NCBI RefSeq assembly: GCF_000142905.1
Contig: NW_013657642.1
Location: 193,851-257,850 of the forward strand
Length of the DNA: 64,000 nucleotides
Reading direction: 5' to 3'
From: Thecamonas trahens ATCC 50062
Lineage: Eukaryota; Protista; Apusomonadida
Below are positions 46,512-58,100 of this stretch, piece by piece. Position numbers and translations under genes: made by a program. The stretch's first letter is position 1. The number at the start of each line of letters is the position of its first letter. The notes under the pieces are model-generated. The model was not told where the DNA came from. It did no database searches and worked only from the letters and a program-made list of their open reading frames with translations.

Positions 46512-46787
46512 TACCATACGCGGCAGCGACTCGGCCTCCTATCGGGCACCATGGCACCGTCTGTGCCTACCATCGCCCCCATCATATCCTCCCCCTCCTC
46601 CCTCCTCCCCCCCCCTCCTCCCCCTCATCATGAAAACCCGAGTCATCGTCGACCATGTCAGGCACCCCCATCCCCATCCACCTTGCCGCCACTCCCTCTA
46701 CTCCTCACATGTGCCACTTCTCCCTTTCACGTGCTCTCATCCACCGGCCTCCTCTCCCCCTCCCCACCCCCTCACCCTCACCCCACC

Positions 46788-49700
46788 ATGAGCCATTTCC
46801 TCTTCTTGGCAATCACACTTGGGATTGCCCTTTCTGCCGCAGCTCTACCACCGCCGAGCCATCCGCCTCCTCCGCCTCCTCCGTCAGCATGCTGGCTCTG
46901 CGGCGTCGACGGCGTGGTCAACATCGACGAGCCAACTGTCATCGATGGCCGGGTGTGCGAGGCACACGGCACCAGTCCCGTCCTTACGGGTTGCATCGCC
47001 GTACACAACACCTCGCTGAGCCTCTTGCACGTCTCAATCCGTCTTTCTGATGAATCTATGGAGCTGTGCGCCTTTAGTCCAACCAACCGCCCAGTCACTG
47101 TCTTTGGGTCGGAGGCCCAGCTCCGCCTCGACTCGGTCTCCATCACCGGCCCGACGGCGCTGCAGATGATCTCCTCAGGAGTTCCGTCCAACGGCGGCGG
47201 TGTATACTTTGATGCTAGCGCGACACACAACATCGCGCCCGGATCGTGGTCTAAAGTCACCATTGCTGCCACGACCGCCACAAACTCGGGGCCGGCCGTG
47301 TACTTTGACGTCGAGACCGTGCCCGCCAACGCACGAGCCGCGACAGATCCGACCAAGGCCAACATCGCGTACGCGAGCTCCTGCACGTCACTTTATGCTG
47401 TAGGCTCTGCGTCGCCGCGTGGCAGTCGGTCGTACATCCCGGCCGCTCCAATGGTCGACATGGGCGTTCCATCGTTCTTTACCGACCTCGAGTATGCCGA
47501 CGCTCTGGGTATGGTGCCCGGCATGCCGTTTCTGCTCACAACAACCTCCATCGACGACTTTGGTACCCGCCTCTTTGACTTTGATCGGCCGATCGTCGTC
47601 TCTGGGGCAGGCCAGCCCAAGACGCAGCTTACCATCCTCAATATCGATTCGTACCGAGGGTCGTGGACAGACTTCCTGCCTCAAGTGGCTCTGCCGCCCC
47701 ATCAGGCCATTGGTCCCGCTTCGCGCAACAGTCCAGGACTGATCAATGTCTCGTTGTCTGTTGACCCCACTGCATCTGTCGACCAGATGACCGTGTCGTA
47801 CAGCTTTGTGCTCCCGTGGGTTCCGGACGGCTCCATCTGCAGCCCGGGCACCTTTAATCTGGCGCCCTCGTTCAGCTTCCAGTCGTTCTGCCTGCCGTGT
47901 CCGGTTGCCGACACTGATTGCGTCGTGGTTGACTTGCTCCGCAGCAACCGCTTGACTATCGATGCTGGCGCGGTCGTCATTCCGACCGCCGCCGACGTGC
48001 TCGAATCCATCATGACCAGCTTTGCTGAACAGCCGCCGGTGGAGTTTGAAACCCAGTTTGATGCCACCGCGTTTGTGCCTGATGACTTTGCGAGCAACGC
48101 CAACTCATTTCCAACGCCGCCTATTGTTCTCGCTTCATGCCCGATCCCGGAGGCCTGCCCCGCAACCCAGTGCACGACGCGGTGCACGCTCTCTGGCAAC
48201 TGCACCATGGTCTGTGTCCGAGAGTCGAACACCGGGTGCGCCACAGGCTACACATCGTACCTGTGCGCCCGGTGCATGCCAAGTTACTTTCAGCGCGTCG
48301 ATGGCAGCTGCCGGATGTGCAAGGGCAGGCCTTTCTATGCCATGATCCCGCTTATCGTTCTCGGTGTGGTGGGCATTCCCGCACTCGCCTTTCTCCTCTA
48401 CGCCCGTCCGCCGTCGCACCGGAGCCGCGAGGTCCAGGCTCGACCTGCGCCCACCGCGATCAACGGCATGGTCTCGGTTGCGGTCTCGGCAGCCGCACCG
48501 GTCCCTACCTCGTCCTGGGTCACTCGCAACTGGGAGGAGCTGGTTCTCGGCGGTGTCGAGCTTGCCTTTGCCATCATGCTCCTGGTCCTGGACGTTGTTG
48601 AGCTATGGGAGGTGGCGCTTGCAGTGGTGAGTCTGGCCGCTCTCTTTCTCGCCATCAAGCTCTCGCACGGCACCCAGCTTCCTGCTCACCAACACGCGGG
48701 CGAGATTGATGAGATGCGCCCGTTGCTCTCTGCAGGGGACAAAAGTGATGACGAGGACGGCCTTGAAGCCGTAGGATGGGACGCCGTCGAGTTGCTCATC
48801 AAGATTGCGGCGTCGCTGCTGCAGATTCAAGCTGCGGTGCTGATGCGGCTGTTTGCTATTGCGGCCACCATTACGTCATCGTCGACTGAGATCGGCGCCG
48901 AGACGGAAGCGCCGGAACAGCTACGGGGCCTCGCTGTTGTCTTTGAGCGGCTCTCGTTCCACGTCTCGGGCCTGGAGTGCGTGTCGTCGAGCGCCATCTC
49001 GTTCGAGACTCGGTACTATCTCCAAGTCGCGATCCTGCCTGCGGTGCTGTGCGTGGTGACGGCGACGTGGTTCGTTCGCTCACGTTTTGCGAGCAGCGCC
49101 GAGCAAGCGCACCTGGCGACCAAGCGCGACGCGGCGCTTACGACTGTCTTCTACTACCTCGTTTTCCCGGTCATTGGGCTCTCGGCGGCGCAGCTCTCGC
49201 ACGCGTCGCCGATCGTGGACGGCCAATTTGCCAACCCGAACTCGGCGCCGCAGTTCCAAGTCCTCACCGCCGCCCCGTGGCTTGTTCGTGGCCAAGCATC
49301 GGTCGATGGCATGACGACTGTGGCCGGGATAACCTTTGGCGTGTCGGTTGCCGGCTCGGCAATCCTGTTTGGCGTCGTGGCGTGGCGCAAACTGCGCGGG
49401 CTGAGCCTCGGCGGGCTCAGCTCGCTGGTCTCGGGCTACAGTGACGGCCTGTGGTGGTACGAGGCCGTGTTTTGGACGCGCCGGATTGTGCTCGCCTACG
49501 TGCTCTCTGTTCCGCCGCAGATGGCGCTGGAGGTTCCGCTCACACTGGCGGTCTTCCTCGCCCTCCACGTAGTGTGCGCGCCGTTTTCATCGCAAATGGC
49601 CAACGCGCTCGATAGCATTGGCCTCGCCCTCCTCGCCATCATGTACGCGTACGCCTCGACGATTCCAGCCGAGGAAGGAGTTGTCCTTGCCGCTGTCGGC

Positions 49701-49817
49701 AACGTGGTGTACTCGCTGTGCATTGTGGCGGGCATCCCGGTCGTGCTCGGAGTGCGGTTTCTGCTGCAGCGGCAGGCTGAGCGGGCAAGGCGGAGTGTTG
49801 CCCTTGTGGCCGAGTAA
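46788..49817 (+). CDS. Large multi-pass membrane protein with Cys-rich ectodomain
   Basis: Signal peptide; GCATGYTSYLCARC Cys-rich region; many TM helices including a WWYEAVFWTRR motif typical of protist receptor-like families. Confidence 0.75.
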   Translation: MSHFLFLAITLGIALSAAALPPPSHPPPPPPPSACWLCGVDGVVNIDEPTVIDGRVCEAHGTSPVLTGCIAVHNTSLSLLHVSIRLSDESMELCAFSPTNRPVTVFGSEAQLRLDSVSITGPTALQMISSGVPSNGGGVYFDASATHNIAPGSWSKVTIAATTATNSGPAVYFDVETVPANARAATDPTKANIAYASSCTSLYAVGSASPRGSRSYIPAAPMVDMGVPSFFTDLEYADALGMVPGMPFLLTTTSIDDFGTRLFDFDRPIVVSGAGQPKTQLTILNIDSYRGSWTDFLPQVALPPHQAIGPASRNSPGLINVSLSVDPTASVDQMTVSYSFVLPWVPDGSICSPGTFNLAPSFSFQSFCLPCPVADTDCVVVDLLRSNRLTIDAGAVVIPTAADVLESIMTSFAEQPPVEFETQFDATAFVPDDFASNANSFPTPPIVLASCPIPEACPATQCTTRCTLSGNCTMVCVRESNTGCATGYTSYLCARCMPSYFQRVDGSCRMCKGRPFYAMIPLIVLGVVGIPALAFLLYARPPSHRSREVQARPAPTAINGMVSVAVSAAAPVPTSSWVTRNWEELVLGGVELAFAIMLLVLDVVELWEVALAVVSLAALFLAIKLSHGTQLPAHQHAGEIDEMRPLLSAGDKSDDEDGLEAVGWDAVELLIKIAASLLQIQAAVLMRLFAIAATITSSSTEIGAETEAPEQLRGLAVVFERLSFHVSGLECVSSSAISFETRYYLQVAILPAVLCVVTATWFVRSRFASSAEQAHLATKRDAALTTVFYYLVFPVIGLSAAQLSHASPIVDGQFANPNSAPQFQVLTAAPWLVRGQASVDGMTTVAGITFGVSVAGSAILFGVVAWRKLRGLSLGGLSSLVSGYSDGLWWYEAVFWTRRIVLAYVLSVPPQMALEVPLTLAVFLALHVVCAPFSSQMANALDSIGLALLAIMYAYASTIPAEEGVVLAAVGNVVYSLCIVAGIPVVLGVRFLLQRQAERARRSVALVAE

Positions 49818-49897
49818 AGTGTAGTCGACCTCTATGTGGTCTTTATTCGCTGACGTACTCCTGCTCTTGCGTGGAGCTGACAGTCGAGGCAACCACG

Positions 49898-51891
49898 CTA
49901 TGCCTCGCTACCCACAAGCAGGGCCCATGCGCGCTCGAGACGCTCCTTGGCTTCCACAACCTCGTCGACCCCACCGTCGCCGCCAACGTTGGAGGCGATC
50001 CAGGCCGAGGCCTCAGAGAGCATGAGCGCAAAGTCGCTCTTGTTGCCGACCGAGTCGTCAACCTTGTTGAGCTCGCGCTCGAGCTCCGAGACGTAGGCCT
50101 GGAGAGCGTCCATAGCGGCCTGGCGCGCCACCTTTGCGCGTTCGGCCTCTTCAAAGTCGCGCGCTGTGGCGGAGAGCTCGGCCTTGGAGTCGTCCGAAAG
50201 CAGGCCCTTGTACTGGTCGATCTTGACCGACTCGGAGATCTCCACATCGCCCTCCTTGACCACAGCCTCCACCTCCAGAATGCCGTTGGCGTCGATGATA
50301 AAGGTGACGTTGATCTTGAGCTTGCCGCGCGGGCGCGGCGGGAGCGGGAAGACGGTGAACTTGCCCAAAAGTCGGTTGGAAGCGGCAAGCGCCGACTCGC
50401 CCTCAAACACCTCGATGATGGCCTCTTCCTGGTTGTCCTCGTTGTTGTAGTAGGTCTTGGTGTGCCGGTACGGAATGGAGGTGTTGCGCGGGATGATGAC
50501 CGACATCTTCCCGTTGTGAAGCTCGATGCCGAGCGAGAGCGGCGTCACGTCGAGCAGGGTGAGCCCGGAGAGCTTGGTGCCGGCCTTGGCCTCGGTGGAG
50601 AGCGAGAGGTTGGCGGCCTGGATGGCCGCGCCAGCCGCCACAGCCTCGTCGGGGTTGATACGCTTGTTCAGCTGCTTGCCGCCAAAGTAGTTCTCCAGCA
50701 TGGACTGAACCTCGGTGATGCGGGTCGAGCCACCGATGAGGATGACCTCGTCCATCTCCTCGGGGGCAAGGCCGGCGTCGGCCAGCGCCGACGTCACCGG
50801 CGCGAGGCACCGGTCGAGCAACGGCTGCACGAGCTCGTTGAACTTGGCCCGCGTGATGTTGGCGTCAAAGTCCTCGCCGTCGTACAGCGAGTCGATCTCG
50901 ATGGTGGCCATGAGCGAGACGGCAAGCGAGTGCTTGGCCTCCTGGCACTTGGACTTGAGCTTCATCATCGACTTGGCGTTGGTCCGCAGGTCGACCCCGT
51001 TCTCGGCCGCGTACAGCTCCACAAAGTGGTCCACGAGCGCGTTGTCAAAGTCTTGCCCTCCAAGCTGCGAGTCGCCGCAGGTGGAGCGGACCTCAAACAC
51101 CCCGTTGTCCACGGTGAGGACGGTGACGTCGAGCGTGCCGCCGCCGAGGTCAAAGATAAGCAGGTTGCGCGCGGCATCATCGGAGATCTTCTCCAGGCCA
51201 TAGGCGAGCGCTGCGGCCGTCGGCTCGTTGATAATCCGCTGGACCGAGAGCCCGGCAATCTCCGCAGCGTCCTTGGTCGCCTGCCGCTGGGCGTCGTTGA
51301 AGTAGGCCGGAACCGTGATGACCGCCTGGGTCACCGGCCGGCCGAGGTAGTCCTCCGCCACGGCCTTCATGTTCATCAGCACCGCAGACGAGACTTCCTC
51401 GGGCGGGATCTTGAGCGTCTCGCCGTTGAAGGAGACCTCGTACTGCGGCGTGCCGGCGTCCGAGCCCGAGACCTTAAACGGCCAGATGGCGAGATTGGCC
51501 TGGATGGACTCCTCGTCAAACTTGCGGCCGATGAGCCGCTTGGCGTCATACAGCGTGTTCTTCGGGTTACGCCCAGCCTGCCGCTTGGCAGCCTCACCCA
51601 CCAGCCGCTCCGAGTTGCGGTACGCCACCCACGACGGCGTCGTCCGGTTGCCCATCCGATTGGGTATGATCGACACGCCCGAGTTTTCCCACACGCCGAC
51701 ACACGAGTACGTGGTGCCTATGGCCAGGCCGGACAGCAGTGAGTGCGCACAGCACCAGCCTCCACCACGCACATGTCCTCTACGCCCTGTGCCCTCCCCC
51801 CCCTCCCCTTCTTTCCCCCTTCCCCTTCTCTGGTCTCCGTACCCAGGTCAATGCCAATGGCTGTCGCCGTCGTTTCCGAGGAAGCTGCCAT
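49898..51891 (-). CDS. Divergent Hsp70; join(49898..51717,51843..51891)
   Basis: The intron restores IGIDLG|TTYS. Also TVPAYFNDAQRQATKDA, INEPTAAA, FDLGGGT and NPDEAVA. Confidence 0.95.
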
Positions 51892-51974
51892 GTCGCGGGA
51901 GCAGAGCTTGTGACTCGGCGGGCGCGAAAGAGAGATATGCAGGGTTCAAGTGGTTGGACACCATCTGCCGGTAT

Positions 51975-52350
51975 CACGCACTACCACCCAGTATCACCCA
52001 GTATCGGTCACCACCAGCCACCAGTATCAACCAGGATCACCCAGTATCGGTCACCACCAGCCAGTATCAACCAGGATCACCCAGTATCGGTCACCACCAG
52101 CCAGTATCAACCAGGATCACCCAGTATCGGTCACCACCAGCCACCAGTATCAACCAGGATCACCCAGTATCGGTCACTATCAGCCACCATCACCTAGTAT
52201 CGGTCACCATCAGCCACCACCAGCCACCATCACCCAGTATCGGTCACCATCAGCCACCACCAGCCACCACCAGCCACCATCACCCAGTATCGGTCACCAC
52301 CAGCCACCACCAGCCACCATCACCCAGTATCGGTCACCATCACCAGCCAC
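51975..52350. repeat. Compound minisatellite (~40-44 bp; CCCAGTATCGGTCACCACCAGCCAGTATCAACCAGGATCA)
   Basis: Tandem degenerate units between divergent genes. Confidence 0.9.
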
Positions 52351-52439
52351 CATGACTCGCACATGCATCCATCTCTCCCCTCCCCTACCCACTCCCTCCC
52401 CCCACACACACACGCCATCCACACGCCACACTCCTTACA

Positions 52440-53756
52440 ATGGGCCTCCACACCTCATCCACTGCATCCGTCGCCATGGATGCTTCTGGCGTCGTCCTCC
52501 TCGCTGCGCTCACAGCCACAGCTGTGGCGGCGGCAGGCACCGCCGTCCGGGCGAGGTCGGGCGGCCGAGACGCTGGCCGTGCAGTCATGGATCGCCTGTG
52601 GGCCTGCCGCAACGCAGTGGTGGTTGGCACGGCCTCAGCATACGCTCCCGTTCTGCTGCTTATGGTCCTCGCTGCCCCGCTGGTTGTGCCTGCTGCCGCC
52701 AACCCGGCGCTGACCTGGACCCTCGGCCTGTGGCTCGTCCTCCCTCTGGTCGAGTACGCCTCGCGCGACAAGGCCGATCTCTCCCGCCGCCGGCCTTTGG
52801 TCACCATCTCGCGCTTGATCTTTGCTCCAATGGTCCTAGTTGCCGTCACCAACGCAGTCTCGTCGGCGATTACATTTGGCGAGATCGCCACCTTGCGCGA
52901 TTGGAAGACGCTGGTCATCGCGCCCACCGCTGCCATTATCCCCTATGCGGCTGTCGTAGCCGGCCTCAGCCTCATCGCCTCTGTCGTGCTCACGGCCTTG
53001 CCCACACTGTACCACCGCTGGATTCCATACGCCGCCACCGCTGCCTACGCCGGGATTGATGTCCTTTGGATCGCTGGCTACCTCAACGGCGTCATGCGCA
53101 TCGCTGTCGACGGGCCGCAAGACATTCCCAACACCAGCGCAGAGTGGTCGGAGGTGAAAGTGGACTTGCGCGCACGAGCCGCCCTCGTTGAGGCCTGCCT
53201 CATTCTTCTCGTCCGCTTTCTCCCGCTCGTCACGCCTGGCACGGCGCCCAGCCGGCGGCTGCTGCCGCTGAGCGAGGTGCTGCTCGAGACGCTCGAGCTG
53301 GCCCTCTTCCCCATCTTTGCTCTTATCATGCAGCTGGCGCTCATGTGCAACAACTGCGTGCCGCCGAAGAGCATGGCCAGCAATCTTGGACTTATCAGCG
53401 AGACTACCACCATCATGCCAGCCGTCATGGTACCGATTGCTGCGCTCATCGTCGTGGTCCTCGTCCTGGGCGCAAGACTACATGCCCGTGCCTCTCCCGG
53501 TCTCCATCTCGCGCTTGTCCTCCTTCCAATCGGCCTTGTATTCGGCCTTGCCGTCAGCATACTTGAGTTTAGCAGCATCCTGCCGTCGACAGCCACACAC
53601 ATCTCCATCATGCCGACCGTCATCTCTCCGACACACGCATCCGAGACACTGGCACACTACGCATGGCTTGGCGCCGCGGCATGGGCCGCACTCCACATCC
53701 ACGCCCACATCGCCGACTGCTTCTCGGAGCGCGATGAGGACAGTGAGGACGCATAA
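52440..53756 (+). CDS. Multi-pass membrane hypothetical protein
   Basis: 438-aa ORF with roughly 10 hydrophobic segments. Confidence 0.65.
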   Translation: MGLHTSSTASVAMDASGVVLLAALTATAVAAAGTAVRARSGGRDAGRAVMDRLWACRNAVVVGTASAYAPVLLLMVLAAPLVVPAAANPALTWTLGLWLVLPLVEYASRDKADLSRRRPLVTISRLIFAPMVLVAVTNAVSSAITFGEIATLRDWKTLVIAPTAAIIPYAAVVAGLSLIASVVLTALPTLYHRWIPYAATAAYAGIDVLWIAGYLNGVMRIAVDGPQDIPNTSAEWSEVKVDLRARAALVEACLILLVRFLPLVTPGTAPSRRLLPLSEVLLETLELALFPIFALIMQLALMCNNCVPPKSMASNLGLISETTTIMPAVMVPIAALIVVVLVLGARLHARASPGLHLALVLLPIGLVFGLAVSILEFSSILPSTATHISIMPTVISPTHASETLAHYAWLGAAAWAALHIHAHIADCFSERDEDSEDA

Positions 53757-53801
53757 ATCGTCGCCGCCTACCGACCAGGGCGTCGCCGCCACTCTGCGGG
53801 C

Positions 53802-54926
53802 TTAGCCGCGCGACTGCGAGGCGCGTGAGAGCCGCAGCACAATCGCCGCTGTCTTGGCCACAGTCTCTCCCTCGAGATCAACGGTGGCTTCGTCGTCGGC
53901 GCCATCAGGCGGCGTCGCCGCCACCAGATCCAGACTCATCACCGCAGCAACTCCGAGCGCGTCTAGCAGCTCAGGCTGCGAGAGCGCACGCATCGGTGCC
54001 TCGCCCTCATCGGCAAGAACCCGGAAGAGAATGACCAGCGCGCGCCGAAGCGCAAGCGGAAGTGAGGTGGTGCGGACAAGAGCCACAACCTCGGTCGCCA
54101 GCCGGGTTCCGAGAAAGCTCTCGATGTTGGACCGCGAGCCGACTAGGGCGGCGGAGAGGACCCGCGCAGCTGCAACAGCAATGCGGCCGAGCTTGGACGG
54201 CGCATCGCCCGAGACCAGAGCAGTCATGGTGGCTACCAGGACAGCAAGGTACGGCGACAACGCGTCCTTGGCCGACTCGCACACCAGCGCAAGACCCTCG
54301 ACCACCAGCAGGCCATCAAAGATCTCGTTCCACCCAATGCGCTCGGTAAAAAGCGGGCCCGAGTCCGGATCGCCTAGCGCCGACGTCGCTGTTCCGCCGG
54401 CGCGGACAAGCGCGTCGGTGTCGACGTCCGGGAGCTCAACGCCCTCGTAGTTGGCCAGAGCCTCAAGCGCCCGCGCCACTGCCGGCGTCAGCAAAAGGCC
54501 ATAGGTGACATGCGAGATGACGCTCGCCGTCACGTTGGTCTCGTCCGCCGCCTGGCACGCGCACAGCGCCCGCAGCGGGCCGTCCGCATCGCCCAATCGC
54601 CCTATCGCGCCCGCCGACGCCATCGAGCTCCGCGGCGTGCTGCCGTCGACGCCTGCACCACCTCTGCCCGCCGCAGCTGTTCCCGCCGCGCAACCCGCCG
54701 CAAGCGCCGCTGCCACCGCACCCATCGGCGTCACCACCTCTGCACCCGCAAAGCCCGTGCTCGTCATGTCGGCCGCAGGCTGTGGCCCATCGGTCACGCT
54801 CTGCACAAGCTCCAGCAGCTCGGCCAGAACGCCGGCCCGGAGGTACGAAAACCGTGCCTCGCGAAGCCGCGCCAGGGCACCTGCCAGCGTCGCCCGCATG
54901 GTGAGCTCCGGGTAGACCGTGGCCAT
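53802..54926 (-). CDS. Helical-repeat (ARM-like) hypothetical protein
   Basis: Ala/Leu-rich amphipathic helices with GC3-rich codons. Confidence 0.55.
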   Translation of the reverse strand: MATVYPELTMRATLAGALARLREARFSYLRAGVLAELLELVQSVTDGPQPAADMTSTGFAGAEVVTPMGAVAAALAAGCAAGTAAAGRGGAGVDGSTPRSSMASAGAIGRLGDADGPLRALCACQAADETNVTASVISHVTYGLLLTPAVARALEALANYEGVELPDVDTDALVRAGGTATSALGDPDSGPLFTERIGWNEIFDGLLVVEGLALVCESAKDALSPYLAVLVATMTALVSGDAPSKLGRIAVAAARVLSAALVGSRSNIESFLGTRLATEVVALVRTTSLPLALRRALVILFRVLADEGEAPMRALSQPELLDALGVAAVMSLDLVAATPPDGADDEATVDLEGETVAKTAAIVLRLSRASQSRG

Positions 54927-55137
54927 GGCCAATGGTGGGGTGGAGAAAGGAGGGGGGAGGGGGGGGGGGGGGGGGAGGGAGGGGGGCAGGTCTGGCGTCA
55001 AGTGGCTTGGCCTTGGCCTCGCGCCACGTGCTGGCGGAGAGGGAAACTTTCCGCGGACGGACCGACGGCTCTTGCTTCGTCGCCTTTGCGCTGCCGGACT
55101 TGCGGGAGTGTTGTTTGATTTGGGGCATCTGATAAGG

Positions 55138-58100
55138 TCACGGCCTTTGGTCATGGTTGGGAGTCAAGATCGGCGTGACGCTGGTGTCAGACTCCGACCC
55201 CGCCTCGGGCTCGGGCTCGTCAGTGAGCGGCGAGTGGAACAGCTGGGTCTCGAGCTGGGCAAGGTGGGTCTTGAGTACGCGCATCTGGGTGTTGAGCGCC
55301 TTGTCGTGCATCATCTGCTCTGTGCGTTGCTGAACAAGAACCGCATTCTGCCGCTGGAGCTCGGTCAGCCGCATTGATGCTTTCTGTCGCGCATCGTAGA
55401 GGGACTGGACCTCGAGCTTGAGTGCGGCGTGCTCCGCGGCCGACGGTGCGGCATCAAGGAGGTCGAGCAGCTCGCGATTGGCCTGCCGGGCTTCGGTGAC
55501 TTGCGCCTCGAGCGCACCGACTTCAGCCTCAAGCTCAATGTTGCGGGCCTGGAGCGACATGACCCGCGCGGCAAAGACATCGCGCGGAGGCGAGCCAGGC
55601 GGCAGTGCCGCCGCAGCCTCAAGCTCCTCGATCACCGCACTTTGCTCCTCCAGTTGCGCAATGAGTCGCGAAGTGGAGGTCTGCAACTCGGCCTGCAGCT
55701 CGTCCACCGTCGCCGTAAGCGCCACTTGCTGTGAGGTCAGGACGGCGTTCTCGTGCTGGAGGCGCGCGAGTTGGTCGGCCTCGGCCTCGCTCGCACCCGA
55801 TGACATGTCGCGGAGCTCGTTGGGCCCGCGCGCCACGGCAGTTTCCAGCAGCTGCTCCAGATCTCCGACGCGGGAGGCGAGCTCAGCAGCGCGGCAACGC
55901 TCGGCCTCGAGTTCGGCCTCAAGCGTACGCTCGCGCTGTGTTGCGGTGAGGACCGAGTCCTTGAGGCTCGCGACCAGGGCGCTTTCCGAGCCGCAACCGT
56001 TGCTCGGCAACGCCTCCGCGGAGCTCTCGAGTGAGCGCAACGAAGTCTCGTGCCCGCTGAGGGCAGCCTCGAGCTCAAGAGCAACGACCTCGAGCTGGCT
56101 CGACTTGTCAGCAAGCGCAGCGTCGAGGGCGGCAACTTGTGCGGCATGCTTGGTCTGGTACTCGGCATGGGTGTCGAGGAGCGCGGTCTTGAGGGCAGAG
56201 GCAGCTGCACTGGCGGCAAGTCGGCTCTCCTGCTCGACTTCAACGGCCTCGCACAGCGCACCAACCCGCGACGAGAGCTTGTCCCGCGACGCGGTAACTT
56301 GCGAGAGCCGCGCGGCGAGGGCGTCATTCTCGCGCATGAGCTTGTCGCGGGCTGAAGTGACTGCCGAGAGACGCGAGTCAAGCTGCGAGCGCGCCGCGCT
56401 ATGGCGAGCAGCCGACTCGCGAGCGCGCTCGTCGGCGCGGCCGAGCTCGACATTGGCCTCGGCGAGTTGTGTCCGGAGCGTGTTGCGCTCGCGGGCAAGC
56501 TCGGCAGCACCATGCGCGTCGGCACGCGCTAGCGCCAGCTGGGCCTTGAGCTCGTCGAGTGCCGCCTCGTGCGAGCGCGCCTCGGCCGCTTGCTGCGCCA
56601 GAGTCGAGTTGGCGGCGCGGAGATCGTCGCGCTCGCGCCGGAGCGTGGCGGCCAGCCGCGCGTCCTTTTGGGCAAGCGCGAGGTCGGCGCGGACCTCGTC
56701 GAGCGCCAGCGCTTGGCTCTGCGCCTCGGAAAGCTTGGCCGCGAGCGCAGCGTTGGCAGCACGGAGTGACGACGATGACTCGGCAGCAGCAGCAGCCGAC
56801 GCCCGCGCAGATTCAAGCGCGGTGACCAGCTCAGCATTCTCACGCTGCAGCGATTCGAGCTGGACAGCTTCCCGTTGGTCGCGGCGGCCTGATGCACGTG
56901 CGGCGTCGAGAGCTCCCCGCAGCTTGGCATTTTCTGATGTCAACTCGTCAACTTGCTCCTGTGACGACGCATAAAGCTCGTGGAGCCTTGCCGACTGCGA
57001 GGCAAACGCCGACGTCTTGGACGCCAGCGTCGCGCGGGCCTTTGCCAGAGCATCGCGGGTGCTCTTCAGCTCCACTGCAGTTGACGAGTCAAGGAACGAC
57101 GCATCCGGCTCATCAGTTGGCGAGAGCACGTGCGGCGAGCCCTCGTGGGCAGCAAAGACCGGCGAGGTTGGCGACGGGTTGTGAGGTTTGGGCTCCGGTG
57201 TCGGGACGGCCGCCTTGCGCGGCCTACGCTTGGCGCGAGACGGCGAGGCCGAAGAGCCTGGTGCTGGTGCTGGCGGCGACGGCTGCTCTCGCGTGGCATT
57301 ACTCGGCGTCATCTCGGTTGGCGTCGCATTGTCTGGTGTCGCGTTGCCTGGCGCATGGTCGGGCGTCGCCATGGACTTGCGGACACGCTTGGTCTTGCGC
57401 CGCTTGACACGGCGCGACGAGCGCGAGTGCTGCAGCTTGCCAGACGTTTTCTCCTCGTCGGCGTTGCTGGCGGTGCGGCGCCAAGCCGACGTCCGGCGGA
57501 TACCATCGGCGACGCCAACGAGCGCATGCTGGCGGAACTCGTGGGCATCGTCAAAGATGGGTAGGTCAACAACCGAGTGCAGGTCCAGCGCAACATCCTC
57601 CTCGCCAGCCTCCAGAATAGCAGACGACAGCTCCGGGTCCGAGGTAAGAAGCGAGAGCTCGGCAAGGAGCCAAGGCAGGGCAAAGCCCATCTTCCACGAC
57701 GCGAGCGTCAGATGAGGGTCGACAAGCGCGTTGTGGAGCTCGCGGAGGAGCACATGAGCGTCGGCGGCCGAGTCGGCAACCGAGCGAAGCCCAACGCGGA
57801 GGAGGAGGAGCGCTTCGTAGGCAAGCGAACGCTTGCGCATCAGGTCCGCGAGGTGCTGGCGGAGAAAAGCGCGGGCCTTGGACGACGAGTCAGCAACGGC
57901 AGCCACGGCCGAGGCGGTAAACGTCGAGACGGCGCCAGTGGCAAGTGCAGCCAGCCGCTTCGAGCCGCCATCGATCCAAAAGAGGAGAAAGAGGGCACCC
58001 GATGGCTGCGGCGTCGACGCGGAGACCAGTGAGCGGAGCGAGCGGACCTGCCTCGACAGCCGCTTGCTGACAAACGAGGCGAGCTTGGAGCTGGGCTCTG

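Noticed and set aside
49871-51742. 623-aa ORF antisense to Hsp70 (similar ORFs lie opposite tubulin, lectin and ubiquitin)
   Set aside because: Well-known shadow ORFs caused by high GC3 codon bias.
51975-52350. CRISPR-like array or coding repeat
   Set aside because: Simple degenerate minisatellite; the unit length is not frame-preserving.
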